Assembly: GCA_965153355.1 (NCBI GenBank)
Contig: OZ231126.1
Span: 2,604,001-2,668,000 of the forward strand
Direction of reading: 5' to 3'
From: Flaccisagitta enflata
Taxonomy: Eukaryota
Length of the DNA stretch: 64,000 nt
Both the position numbers and the translations under genes were made by a program. Numbering within the stretch: the stretch's first letter is position 1; each line of letters begins with the position of its first letter. The notes under the pieces are model-generated. The model searched no databases. It was given only the letters and a program-made list of their open reading frames with translations, and was not told the DNA's origin. Positions 46,628 through 60,800 of this stretch are shown piece by piece.

Positions 46628-49600
46628 TACTTCAAAAACTTGACAATATCACTAGTTTGGCAAAAAGTACAAAAATCTCATTTGCATATTGCAGTCTCAA
46701 TACCTTTAAGTTCAAGGGTTTTTATGACTCAATAAAAATAAAAAGGGTGACGGCGGAGGAGGTTGTTGGTTCAAACTGAAATTATTTATGAAATGATCAT
46801 GTCATTGAACCTAAATCTGATGGTCTAGTGGCAGAGATGTATGAATTTCACCCATAGGGGGAAAGGTTGGGGCTTGCTGGCAGGGGTTTTAAAGGGGGAT
46901 TTTGCAAATTATTGAAAGAACTACTGAAGGAACTATCAAAGTAATTATCAAAATTCAACTATCAAAAACACCATAAAATAGACCTTAATTCTATGGAACT
47001 TTTTAAAGTTTGGTTATTATTTACTTCAAAAACTTAACCATATCACTACTTTGGTAAAAAGTACAAAAATCTCAATTGCATATTGCAGTCTCAATACCTT
47101 TAAGTTCAAGGGTTTTTATAATTCAAAAAGCCAAAAAGGGTGGTGGCGTGGGAGGGTGGAGGTTCAAACTGAAATTGTTTATGAAATGATCATGTCATTG
47201 AACCTAAATTTGATGGTCAAGTGGCATAGATATATGAATTTCACCCAAAGGGGGAAAGGTTGGGGCTTTCTGGCAGGGGTTTTAAAGGGGGATTTTGCAA
47301 ATTGGTGAAGGAACTATTGAAGGAACTATTGAAGTAATTACTATAATTCAACTTTTTAACTTTTCAGTTCTTGCAAGAACTTGTCAGTTCTTGCAAGAAC
47401 TTTTTCCTTTGGAGAAGTTTCTTCAATATCATACCCTGAAATGACTCTTACGCATTAGTGTAATCCCCTTGCAAGAACTTTTCAGTTCTTGCAAGAACTT
47501 TTTCCTTTGGAAAAGTGTCTTCAATATCATACCCTAAAATGAAGCATTTTTGAAGCAAAATAATACTAAACTTTAAAAAGTTCCTTCAAATTATTGCTCA
47601 TTATATGGGTATTTTTGATAATGATGGAAAAGTTCTTGCAAGAACTTTTTGAAAGAACTTTTGAATTTTCACAAAATCCCCTGTAAAACCCCTGCCTTAT
47701 AGCCCCAACCATTCCCAAATACTTAAATTTTGTCAACTTTAAATATATATGATGTTGAAAGAACTTTTCAAGAATAATTGAAGGAACTGGGTTTAAATTA
47801 TTGAAAGAACTGTCAATAAATAATTATTGAGAGGGAATTACTCTTACGCGATTGTGTAATCCCCTTGCAAGAACTTTTCAGTTCTTGCAAGAACTTTTTC
47901 CTTTGGAAAAGTTACTTCAATATCATACCCTCAAATGAAGCATTTTTGAAGCAAAATAATACTAAACTTTTAAAAGTTCCTTCAAATTATTGCTCATTAT
48001 ATGGGTATTTTTGATTATGTTGGAAAAGTTCTTGCAAGAACTATTTGAAAGAACGTTTGAATTTTTACAAAATCCCCTGTAAAACCCCTGCCTTATAGCC
48101 CCAACCATTCCCAAATAATTTTTTTAACTTTAAATATATATGATATTGAAAGAACTTTTCAAGAATAATTGAAGGAACTAGGTTTAAATTATTGAAAGAA
48201 CTGTCAATAAATAATTATTGAAAGGGAATTACTCTTACGCGATAGTGTAATCCCCTTGCAAGAACTTTTCAGTTCTTGCAAGAACTTTTTCCTTTGGAAA
48301 AGTTTCTTCAATATCATACCTAGAAATGAAGCATTTTTGAAGCAAAATAATACTAAACTTTAAAAAGTTCCTTCAAATTATTGCTCATTATGGGTATTTT
48401 TGATTATGTTGGAAAAGTTCTTGCAAGAACTTTTTCAAAGAACTTTTGAATCTTTACAAAATCCCCTGTAAAACCCCTGCCTTATAGCCCCAACCATTCC
48501 CAAATACTTATATTTTCTTAATCTTAATTATATATGATATTGAAAGAAATTTTCATGAACAATTGAAGGAACTGGGTTTAAATTATTGAAAGAACTGTCA
48601 ATAAATAATCATTGAAAAGGATTTACTCTTACGCGATAGTGTAATCCCCTTGCAAGAACTTTTCAGTTCTTGCAAGAACTTTTTCCTTTGGAGAAGTTTC
48701 TTCAATATCAAACCCTGAAATCAAGCATTTCTGAAGCAAAGTATTACCAAACTTTTAAAAGTTCCTTCAAATTATTGCTCATTATATGGGTATTTTTCAT
48801 TATGTTGGAAAAGTTCTTGCAAGAACTTTCTGATAGAACTTTTGAATTTTTACAAAATCCCCTGTAAAACCCCTGCCTTATAGCCGCAACCATTCCCAAA
48901 TACTTATATTTTTTTACTTTAAATATATATGATATTGAAAGAACTTTTCAAGAATAATTGAAGGAATTTGATTTAAATTATTGAAAGAACTTTCAATAAA
49001 TAATTATTGAAAGGGCATTACTCTTACGCAATAGTGTAATCCCCTTGCAAGAACTTTTCAGTATTTGCAAGAACTTTTTCCTTTGGAAAAGTTTCTTCAA
49101 TATCATACCTAGAAATGAAGCATTTTTGAAGCAAAATAATACTAAACTTTAAAAAGTTCCTTCAAATTATTGCTCATTATATGGGTATTTTTGATTATGT
49201 TGGAAAAGTTCTTGCAAGAACTTTTTAAAGAACTTTTGAATTTTTACAAAATCCCCTGTAAAACCCCTGCCTTATAGCCCCAACCATTCCCAAATACTTA
49301 TATTTTAACAATTTAAATATATATGATATTGAAAGAACTTTTCAAGAATAACTGAAGGAACTGGGTTTAAATTATTGAAAGAACTGTTAATAAATAATTA
49401 TTGAAAGGGAATTACTCATACGCGATAGTGTAATCCCCTTGCAAGGACTTTTTAGTTCTTGCAAGAACTTTTTCTTTGGAAAAGTTTCTTCAATATCATA
49501 CCCTGAAATGAAGCATTTTTGAAGCAAAGTAATACTAAACTTCAAAAAGTTCCTTCAAATTATTGCTCATTATATGGGTATTTTTGATTATGTTAGAAAA

Positions 49601-50353
49601 GTGCTTGCAAAAACTTTTTGAACGAACTTTTGAATTTTTACAAAATTCCCCTGTAAAACCCCTGCCTTATAGCCCCAACCATTCCCAAATACTTATATTT
49701 TTTCAACTTTAAATATATATGATGATGAAAGAAATTTTCATGAATAATTGAAGGAACTGGGTTTTAAATTATTGAAAGAACTGTCAATAAACAATTATTA
49801 AAAGGGAATTACTCTTACGCGATAGTGTAATCCCCTTGCAAGAACTTTTACATTTGGAAAAGTTTCTTCAATATCATACCCTGAAATGAAGCATTTTTGA
49901 AGCAAAATGATACTAAACTTTAAAAAGTTCCTTCAAATTATTGCTCATTATATGGGTGTTTTTTATTATGTTGGAAAAGTTCTTGCAAGAACTTTTTGAA
50001 AGAACTTTTGAATTTTTACAAAATCCCCTGTAAAACCCCTGCCTTATAGCCCCAACCATTCCCAAATACTTATATTTTTTTAAATTTAAATATATATGAT
50101 ATTGAAAGAACTTTTCAAGAATAATTGAAGGAACTGAAGTTAAATTATTGAAAGAACTGTCAATAAATAATTATTGAAAGGGAATTACTCTTACGCGATA
50201 GTGTAATCCCCTTGCAAGAACTTTTCAGTTCTTGCAAGGACTTTTTCTTTGGAAAAGTTTCTTCAATATCATACCCAGAAATGAAGCATTTTTGAAGCAA
50301 AATAATACTAAACTTTAAAAAGTTCCTTCAAATTATTGCTCATTATATGGGTA

Positions 50354-50411
<58 letters not shown>

Positions 50412-50467
50412 GTAAGTCGTCATCCTCATCCGACGAGGTCATCATCCTGAAACTCTTACCTTTTCTG

Positions 50468-50506
<39 letters not shown>

Positions 50507-52362
50507 GAATATCATCTCTCTTTGTTATGTCTATCACCATACACAGTTTGTTTATCTTAATCTTTTTATTTTTGTCCATCTCTCTCGTTCTCTCTCTCTC
50601 TCTCTCGATCTCTTTCTCTCTATCTCTCTCTCTTTTTTTATAGAAGGAAAGTATGGTCGCTAATTGTTGCCATGGCTAGTGCAGGGGCTTCGCTAGTATG
50701 GGTCTGGCTAGTATGATCTCGCTAGTGGGGATCTGGCTAGTGTGGAATCGCTAATTTTTCCGGAAGCCGCCTTATAACCCCAACCATTCCCAAATACTTA
50801 TATTTTTTCAACTTTAAATATATATGATGTTGAAAGGAAATTTTCAGGAATAATTGAAGGAACTGGGTTTAAATTATTGAAAGAACTGTCAATAAATAAT
50901 TGTTGAAAGGGATTTACTCTTACGCGATAGTGTAATTTCCTTGCAAGAACTTTTCAGTTCTTGCAACAACTTTTTCCTTTGGAAAAGTTTCTTCAATATC
51001 AAACCCTGAAATCAAGCATTTTTGAAGCAAAATATTACCAAACTTTTAAAAGTTCCTTCAAATTATTGCCCACTATATGGGTATTTTTGATTATGTTGGA
51101 AAAGTTCTTGCAAGAACTTTTTGAAAGAACTTTTGAATTTTTATAAAATCCCCTGTAAAACCCCTGCCTTATTGCCCCAACCATTCCCAAATACTTATAT
51201 ATTTTTTACTTTAAATATATATGATATTGAAAGAACTTTTCAAGAATAATTGAAGGAACTGGGTTTAGATTATTATAAGAACTGTCAATAAATAATTATT
51301 GAAAGGGAATTACTTTTACGCGATAGTGTAATTCCCTTGCAAGAACTTTTCAGTTTTTGCAAGAACTTTTACCTTTGGAAAAGTTTCTTCAATATCATAC
51401 CTAGGAATGAAGCATTTTTGAAGCAAAATAATACTAAACTTTAAAAAGTTTCTTCAAATTATTGCTCATTATATGGGTATTTTTGATTATGATGAAAGAA
51501 CTTAAGAATTTTTACAAAATCCCCTGTAAAACCCCTGCCTTATAGCCCCAACCATTCCCAAATACTCATATTTTTTTAACTTTAAATATATATGATATTG
51601 AAAGAACTTTTCAGGAATAATTGAAGGAACTGGGTTTAAATTATTGAAAGAACTGTCAATAAATAATTATTGAAAGGGAATTACTCTTACGCGATAGTGT
51701 AATCCCCTTGCAAGAACTTTTCAGTTCTTGCAAGAACTTTTACCTTTGGAAAAGTTTCTTCAATATCATACCCAGAAATGAAGCATTTTTGAAGCAAAAT
51801 GATACTAAACTTTAAAAAGTTCATTCAAATTATTGCTCATTATATAGGTGTTTTTGACTATGTTGGAAAAGTTCTTGCAAGAACTTTTTGAAAGAACTTT
51901 TGAATTTTTACAAAATCCCCTGTAAAACCCCTGCCTTATAGCCCCAACCATTCCCAAATACTTACATTTTTTCAACTTTAAATTTATACAATGTTGAAAG
52001 AAATTTTCATGAATAATTGAAGGAACTGGGTTTAAATTATTGAAAGAACTGTCAATAAATAATTATTGAAAGGGAATTACTCTTACGCGATAGTGTAATC
52101 CCCTTGCAAGAACTTTTCAGTTCTTGCAAGAACTTTATCCTTTGATAAAATTTCTTCAATATTAAACCCTGAAATCAAGCATTTTTGAAGCAAATTATTA
52201 CCAAACTTTTAAAAGTTCCTTCAAATTATTGCTCATTTTGTGGGTATTTTTGATTATGTTGGAAAAGTTCTTGCAAGAACTTTTTGAAAGAACTTATGAA
52301 TTTTTACAAAATCCCCTGTGAAACCCCTGCCTTATAGCCCCAACCATTCCCAAATACTTATA

Positions 52363-52575
52363 TTTTTAGTCGCGTGCTACGCGACTCTACACCCTGCTTT
52401 GTCCGTCCGTTGGTCGGTCGGTCGGTTGGTTGGTCGGTCGGTCGGTCCCCATTTTACTTTTTTTATTCATTTTACTTTTTTGACCTTACCGCTCCTGCCC
52501 AAATGGTCTAGTGACCTCAAATACGGCCCCTGCCCACCCGCACGCGACTTCGGCAGCCGTGTATCCGGCCTTGTT
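52363..52575 (+). mobile_element. Short HINE-like element inserted in a T-run of a satellite unit
   Basis: ttttagtcgcgtgctacgcgactctac...(GGTC)n...gtatccggccttgtt; no TSD; neighbouring units show the empty site. Confidence 0.85.
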
Positions 52576-53050
52576 TTAACTTTAAATATATATGATATTG
52601 AAAGAACTTTTCAAGAATAATTGAAGGAACTGAGTTTAAATTATTGAAAGAACTGTCAATAAATAATTATTGAAAGGGAATTACTCTTACGCGATAGTGT
52701 AATCCCCTTGCAAGAACTTATCAGTTCTTGCAAGAACTTTTTCCTTTGAAAAAGTTTCTTCAAAATCATACCCAGAAATGAAGCATTTTTGAAGCAAAAT
52801 AATACTAAACTTTAAAAAGTCCCTTCAAATTATTGATCATTATATGGGTATTTTTGATTATGTCGGAAAAGTTCTTGCAAGAACTTTTTGAAAGAACTTT
52901 TGAATTTGGAAACCCCTGCCTTATAGCCCCAACCATTCCCAAATACTTAAATTTTTTTAACTTGGAACATCTGTGGTATTGAAAGAACATTTCATCAAAA
53001 TTGTAAGAACTGGGTTTAAATTATTGAAAGAACCATCAATAAATCATTAT

Positions 53051-53379
53051 CAGGCCTGTATATTCTTGAGTTTTCCCCCCCCCCCTGGTGGGGGGGGGAA
53101 AAAAATCAAAGGGTCTGGAGATGGGGAAGGAAATCAAAGGGGGAAAAAAGAGAAAAAAAGGAAATTTGGGGAAAATATAACTTTTTACAGTACCAAATCA
53201 TAAAACTCACTCAGTAAAACACAATTTAACACTATTTAAACTTTAACTACATAGTATTATTGCTATATGGGGAAGAAAATCATGGATGTAAAAACGCGAC
53301 GCGGCGCGTTGCGGGGAAGAAAATCAAAGGCAGGGGGGGGGGAAAAAAATCAAAAGCGACTCATGAATATACACCCCTG
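53051..53379. mobile_element. hAT-type MITE with an 8-bp TSD (ATCATTAT)
   Basis: TIRs CAGGCCTGTATATTCTTGAGT / CAGGGGTGTATATTCATGAGT; ATCATTAT at 53043-53050 and 53380-53387. Confidence 0.9.
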
Positions 53380-53526
53380 ATCATTATTGAAGGGGAATTA
53401 CTCTTACGCGATAGTGTAATCCCCTTGCAAGAACTTTTCATCTCTGGCAGGAACTTATAAGTATTAGCAAGAACTATCCACAACCATTCCCAAATACCTA
53501 TTTTCTTTCATCTTTACATATCTGTT

Positions 53527-56500
53527 AAACTTTTGGTCCCCCTCGTTGAAAACCTTTGGTCCCCCTCATTGAAAACATTTGGTCCCCCTCGTTGAAAACA
53601 TTTGGTCCCCCTCGTTGAAAACATTTGGTCCCCCTCGTTGAAAACATTTGGTCCCCCTCATTGAAAACATTTGGTCCCCCTCGTTGAAAACATTTGGTCC
53701 CCCTCGTTGAAAACATTTGGTCCCCCTTGTTGAAAACATTTGGTCCCCCTCGTTGAAAACATTTGGTCCCCCTCGTTGAAAACATTTGGTCCCCCTCGTT
53801 GAAAACATTTGGTCCCCCTCGTTGAAAACATTTGGTCCCCCTCGTTGAAAACATTTGGTCCCCCTCGTTGAAAACATTTGGTCCCCCTTGTTGAAAACAT
53901 TTGGTCCCCCTCGTTGAAAACATTTGGTCCCCCTTGTTGAAAACATTTGGTCCCCCTTGTTGAAAACATTTGGTCCCCCTTGTTGAAAACATTTGGTCCC
54001 CCTCGTTGAAAACATTTGGTCCCCCTCGTTGAAAATGTTTGGTCCCCCTCGTTGAAAACATTTGGTCCCCCTCGTTGAAAACATTTGGTCCCCCTCGTTG
54101 AAAACATTTGGTCCCCCTCGTTGAAAATGTTTGGTCCCCCTCGTTGAAAACATTTGGTCCCCCTCGTTGAAAACATTTGGTCCCTCTCGTTGAAAACATT
54201 TGGTCCCCCTCGTTGAAAACATTTGGTCCCCCTCGTTGAAAACATTTGGTCCCCCTCGTTGAAAACATTTGGTCCCCCTCGTTGAAAACATTTGGTCCCC
54301 CTTGTTGAAAACATTTGGTCCCCCTCGTTGAAAACGTTTGGTCCCCCTCGTTGAAAACATTTGGTCCCCCTCGTTGAAAACGTTTGGTCCCCCTTGTTGA
54401 AAACGTTTGGTCCCCCTCGTTGAAAACGTTTGGTCCCCCTCGTTGAAAACGTTTGGTCCCCCTCATTGAAAACGTTTGGTCCCCCTAGTTAAAAACATTT
54501 GGTCCCCCTCGTTAAGAACGTTTGGTCCCCCTCGTTGAGAATGTTTAGTCCCCCTTGCTGAAAACGTTTGGTCCCCTTCGTTGAAAACGTTTGGTCCCCC
54601 TTGTTGAAAACGTTTGGTCCCCCTTGTTGAAAACGTTTGGTCCCCCTTGTTGAAAATGTTTGGTCCCCCTTGTTGAAAACGTTTGGTCCCCCTTGTTGAA
54701 AACGTTTGGTCCCCCTTGTTGAAAACGTTTGGTCCCCCTTGTTGAAAACGTTTGGTCCGCCTTGTTGAAAACGTTTGGTCCCCCTTGTTGAAAACGTTTG
54801 GTCCCCCTTGTTGAGAACGTTTGGTCCCCCTTGTTGAAAACGTTTGGTACCCCTTGTTGAAAACGTTTGGTCCCCCTTGTTGAAAACGTTTGGTCCCCCT
54901 CGTTGAAAACGTTTGGTCCCCCTCTTTGAAAACGTTTGGTCCCCCTCTTTGAAAACGTTTGGTCCCCCTTGTTGAAAACGTTTGGTCCCCCTCGTTGAAA
55001 ACGTTTGGTCCCCCTCGTTGAAAACGTTTGGTCCCCCTCGTTGAAAACGTTTGGTCCCCCTTGTTGAAAACATTTGGTCCCCCTCGTTGAAAACGTTTGG
55101 TCCCCCTCGTTGAAAACGTTTGTACCCCTCGTTGAAAATATTTGGTCCCCCACATTGAAAATGTTTGGTCCCCCTTGTTGAAAATGTTTGGTCCCCTTTG
55201 TTGAAAATGTTTGGTCCCCTTTGTTGAAAATGTTTGATCCCCCTCGTTGAAAATGTTTGGTCCCCCTTGTTGAAAACATTTGGTCCCCCTTGTTGAAAAT
55301 GTTTGGTCCCCCTCGTTAAATGTTTGGTACCCCTTGTAGAAAACATTTGGTCCCCTTCGTTAAAAATATTTGGTCCCCTTCGTTAAAAATGTTTGATCCT
55401 CTTCGTTGAAAAGGTTTGGTCCCCCTCGTTGCAAATGTTTGGTCCCCCTTGTTGCAAATATTTGGTCCCCCTCATTGCAAATGTTTGGTCCCCCTCGTTA
55501 CAAATGTTTGGTCCCCCTTGTTGCAAATGTTTGGTCCCCATCGTGGAAGATGTTTGGTCACTATCGTGGAAGACATTTGGGTCCCCTATCGTGGATAACA
55601 TTTGGTCCCCATTGTGGAAAACGTTTGGTCCCCATTGTGGAAAATGTTTGGTCCCCATTGTGGAAAACGTTCGGTCCCCATTGTAGAAAACGTTTGGTCC
55701 CCATTGTGGAAAACGTTTGGTCCCCATAGTGGAAAACGTTTGGTCCCCCTCGTTGAAATTGTTTGGTCCCCCTTGTTGAAAACGTGTGGTCCCCTTCGTT
55801 GAAAACCTTTGGTCCCCCTCATTGAAAGTGTTTGGTCCCCCTCTTTGAAAATGTCTGGTCCCCCTCGTTGATTACGTTTGGTTCCCCTCGTTGAAAACGT
55901 TTGGTCCCCCTCGTTGAAAACATTTGGTCCCCTTTGATGAAAAGGTGTGATCCCCTTCGTTGAAAAGGTTTGGTCCCTCGTTGCAAACATTTGGTCCCCC
56001 TCATTGCAAATTTTTGGTCCCCCTCGTTGCAAAAGTTTGGTCCACCTTGTTGAAGATGTTTGCTCCCCATCGTGGAAGATGTTTGGTTCCCCTCGTGGAA
56101 AATGTTTGGTCCCCATTGTGGAAAACATTTGGTCCCCATCGTGAAAAATGTTTGGTCCCCATTGGGGAGAACATTTGGTCCCCATTGTGGAAAACGTTTG
56201 GTCCCCATCGTGGAAAATGTTTGGTCTCCCTGATTGAAAAGGTTTGGTCCCCCTCCTTGAAAATGTTTGGTCCCCTTCCTTGAAAATGTTTGGTCCCCTT
56301 CGTTGAAAATGTTTGGTCGCCTTCGTTGAAAACGTTTGGTCCCCCTTGTTGAAAACATTTGGTCCCCCTCATTGAAAATGTTTGGTCCCCCTCATTGAAA
56401 ATGTTTGGTCCCCCTTGTTGAAAATGTTTGGTCCCCCTCGTTGAAAATGTTTGGTGCCCTTTGCTGGAAATTGGGTCACCCTTGTTGGGAGCGCTTGGTC

Positions 56501-56560
56501 CCCCTCATTGGAGATGTTCGGTCCACAAACATTTGCTCCCCCACATTGGAAATATCTAGT
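53527..56560. repeat. 23-bp satellite (ccccctcgttgaaaacatttggt), roughly 130 units
   Basis: Direct reading; source of the RGTK/GGPN ORFs. Confidence 0.95.
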
Positions 56561-57447
56561 GTTCCATGCTAACAAAATTTGGGTCCAACCTGGTGCCTAA
56601 AGCATTAGACTTCCTTGGTATTATAAATTTAGTCCTTTTCGCGAAAATTTTGGTTCACGTTCAATTTTTTCTAAAGTTCTTGCAAGAACTTTTTGAGTTC
56701 TTGCAAGAACTTTTTGAGGTCTTGCAAGAACTTTTTGAGGTCTTGCAAGAACTTTTTGAGGTCTTGCAAGAACTCGTAATTTTCATTTCCCTTGGTGTCT
56801 AAAGACTTGTTATCCTCTCTGCCAATTTTTTCTTTTTTTTCATAAGTTGTTGCAAGAACTTTTTAAGTTGTTGCAAGAACTATTCAAGTTCTTGCAAGAA
56901 CAAAATCCCCCTTCAAAACCCCTGCCTTCAAGCCCCAACCTTTCCCCCTTTGGGGGATTCATCCAATAACCAGAGTTCTTGCAAGAACATGATAAAGTTC
57001 TATTGAATATTAATCCGGGGGGTGAATCTTAATTTCCCGAGCTCAAGCTCCGAGCTGTGATTTTGCTAAGTCCGGAGTCGATGTGAATATTAATTTGTTC
57101 CAACAACTGACGCCGCGGTGCCATGATGCCACCATGGCAACTCATGAGCTTTTCATAGGACGCCACGCTCTCGCCAAATATCCAGCCAGAGTCTAGGTGA
57201 ATATTAGTTTGTTCCACTAGAGTCGATGTGAATATTAATTTGTTCCACCAACCAACACCACAATGCCATGATGCTACAATGGCAATTCAAGAGCTCGCCA
57301 TAAGACGCCACATGCTCGCCAAATATTCTTCCATCCTTATATTCACGTTTTCTCATGGTTGAGATTTGCGTCACTTGGAATATTATCGCATTTTTGGATA
57401 ACCACTCTTTGTAATATTCCATCTGTCTCAGGAGGATCTCAATCTTT

Positions 57448-57520
57448 GAGCTTTAGCAGGATTCGAACTGGTGACCTTGATATCCGCAGTCAAGCCACTT
57501 ACCCCTGGGCCACCGGAGCT
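57448..57520 (-). mobile_element. tRNA-derived (Arg-like) SINE head or tRNA pseudogene
   Basis: A-box-like TGGCCCAGGGG, anticodon-like TGACTGCGGAT, B-box GTTCGAATCC; acceptor stem does not pair well. Confidence 0.65.
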
Positions 57521-57650
57521 GGGTGATATACTGAGGAAGAGTAGTGACCATTATCGTTTGCTGAACCTCAGTATGAGTCCATGGAAATATTATTTTATAA
57601 AATAAGGAAGATGAAATATTCACATTGACTCAATCGTTAATGTACATAAC

Positions 57651-57821
<171 letters not shown>

Positions 57822-57829
57822 CTGTGACT

Positions 57830-60800
57830 GCCTACAGAATACAGATTACAGAATGATAGATGAAGATTAAACTTAGAACTACTCTGGATAATTGAAGTGA
57901 TCAGAGGAGTATAAGTGACTGAGTCTATGTGAATATTCATCCATCTATGTTGTGTCAATTAATATTCCCATTGACTCATAGTGTGTGACTACCTTCAGAA
58001 TACAGAATGATAGATGAAGATTGAACTAAAAACTACTCTGGATAACTGAAGTGATCTGAGGAGTAAAAGTGACTGAGTCGATGTGAATATTCATCCATTT
58101 ATGTTGTGTCAATTAATAGTCCCATTGACTCTTAGCGTGTGACTACCTTCAGAATACAGAATGATAGATGAAGATTGAACTAAGAACTACTCTGGATAAC
58201 TGAAGTGATCTGAGGAGTATAAGTGACTGAGTCTATGTGAATATTCATCCATTTATGTTGTGTCAATTAATAGTCCCATTGACTCATAGTGTGTGACTAC
58301 CTTCAGAATACAGAATGATAGATGAAGATTGAACTAAGAACTACTTTGGATAACTGAAGTGATCTGAGGAGTATAAGTGACTGAGTCTATGTGAATATTC
58401 ATCCATTTATTTTGTGTAAATTAATAGTCCCATTGACTCATAGTGTGTGACTACCTTCAGAATACAGAATGATAAATGAAGATTAAACTTAGAACTACTC
58501 TGGATATTTGAAGTGATCTGAGGAGTATAAGTGACTGAGTCTATGTGAATATTCATCCATATATGTTGTGTCAATTAATATTCCCATTGACTCATATTGT
58601 GTGACTACCTTCAGAATAAAGAATGATAGATGAAGATCGAACTAAGAACTACTCTGGATAACTGAAGTGATCTGAGGAGTATGAGTGACTGAGTCTATGT
58701 GAATATTCATCCATTTATGTTGTGTCAATTAATAGTCCCAATGACTCATAGTGTATGACTACCTTCAGAATACAGAATGATAGATGAAGATTGAACTAAG
58801 AACTACTCTGGATAACTGAAGTGATCTGAGGAGTATAAGTGACTGAGTCTACGTGAATATTCATCCATTTATGTTGTGTCAATTAATAGTCCCATTGACT
58901 ATTAGCGTGTGACTACCTTCAGAATACAGAATGATAGATGAAGATTGAACTAAGAACTACTCTGGATAACTGAAGTGATCTGAGGAGTATAAGTGACTGA
59001 GTCTATGTGAATATTCATCCATTTATGTTGTGTCAATTAATAGTCCCATTGACTCATAGTGTGTGACTACCTTCAGAATACAGAATGATAGATGAAGATT
59101 GAACTAAGAACTACTCTGGATAACTGAAGTGATCTGAGGAGTATAAGTGACTGAGTCTATGTGAATATTCATCCATTTATGTTGTATCAATTAATAGTCC
59201 CATTGACTCATAGTGTGTGACTACCTTCAGAATACAGAATGATAGATGAAGATTAAACTTAGAACTACTCTGGATATTTGAAGTGATCTTAGGAGTGTAA
59301 GTGACTAAGTCTATGTGAATATTCATCCATATATGTTGTGTCAATTAATGTTCCCATTGACTCAAAGTAAGTGACTACCTTCAGAATACAGAATGATAGA
59401 TGAAGATTGAACTAAGAACTACTCTGGATAACTGAAGTGATCTGAGGAGTATAAGTGACTGAGTTTATGGGAATATTCATCCATATATGTTGTGTCAATT
59501 AATATTCCCATTGACTCATAGTGTGTGACTACCTTCAGAATACAGAATGATAGATGGAGATGTAATTAAGAACTACTCTGGATAACTGAAGTGATCTGAG
59601 GAGTATAAGTGACTGAGTCTATGTGAATATTCATCCATTTATGTTGTGTAAATTAATAGCACCATTGACTCATAGTGTGTGACTACCTTCAGAATACAGA
59701 ATGATAAATGAAGATTAAACTTAGAACTACTCTGGATATTTGAAGTGATCTGAGGAGTATAAGTGACTGAGTCTATATGAATATTCATCCATATATGTTG
59801 TGTCAATTAATATTCCCATTGACTCATATTGTGTGACTACCTTCAGAATAAAGAATGATAGATGAAGATTGAACTAAGAACTACTCTGGATAACTGAAGT
59901 GATCTGAGGAGTATAAGTGACTGAGTCTATGTGAATATTCATCCATTTATGTTGTGTCAATTAATAGTCCCAATGACTCATAGTGTATGACTACCTTCAG
60001 AATACAGAATGATAGATGAAGATTGAACTAAGAACTACTCTGGATAACTGAAGTGATCTGAGGAGTATAAGTGACTGAGTCTATGTGAATATTCATCCAT
60101 TTATGTTGTGTCAATTAATAGTCCCATTGACTCTTAGCGTGTGACTACCTTCAGAATACAGAATGATAGATGAAGATTGAACTAAGAACTACTCTGGATA
60201 ACTGAAGTGATCTGAGGAGTATAAGTGACTGAGTCTATGTGAATATTCATCCATTTATGTTGTGTCAATTAATAGTCCCATTGACTCATAGTGTGTGACT
60301 ACCTTCAGAATACAGAATGATAGATGAAGATTGAACTAAGAACTACTCTGGATAACTGAAGTGATCTGAGGAGTATAAGTGACTGAGTCTATGTGAATAT
60401 TCATCCATTTATGTTGTGTCAATTAATAGTCCCATTGACTCTTAGCGTGTGACTACCTTCAGAATACAGAATGATAGATGAAGATTGAACTAAGAACTAC
60501 TCTGGATAACTGAAGTGATCTTAGGAGTATAAGTGACTGAGTCTATGTGAATATTCATCCATATATGTTGTGTCAATTAATACTCCCATTGACTCATAGT
60601 GTGTGACTTCCTTCAGAATACAGAATGATAGATGAAGATTGAACTAAGAACCACTCTGGATAACTGAAGTGATCTGAGGAGTATAAGTGACTGAGTCTAT
60701 GTGAATATTCATCCATATATGTGTGTGTCAATTAACACTCCCATTGACTCAAAGTAAGTGACTACCTTCAGAATACAGAATGATAGATGAAGATTGAACT

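Larger units (their letters stand above)
47360..53520. repeat. ~393-bp satellite, about 14 units, with three interruptions
   Basis: Anchor ctcttacgcgatagtgtaatcccc recurs near 47445, 47840, 48230, 48625, 49020, 49412, 49810, 50186, 50916, 51311, 51682, 52078, 52682 and 53399. Confidence 0.92.

Noticed and set aside
53525-56575. Long RGTK/GGPN/GDQ ORFs in all three minus frames
   Set aside because: A 23-bp satellite lacking stop codons; the same peptide cycles through all frames.
57448-57520. Functional tRNA-Arg gene
   Set aside because: Acceptor and anticodon stems pair poorly; better read as a SINE head or pseudogene.
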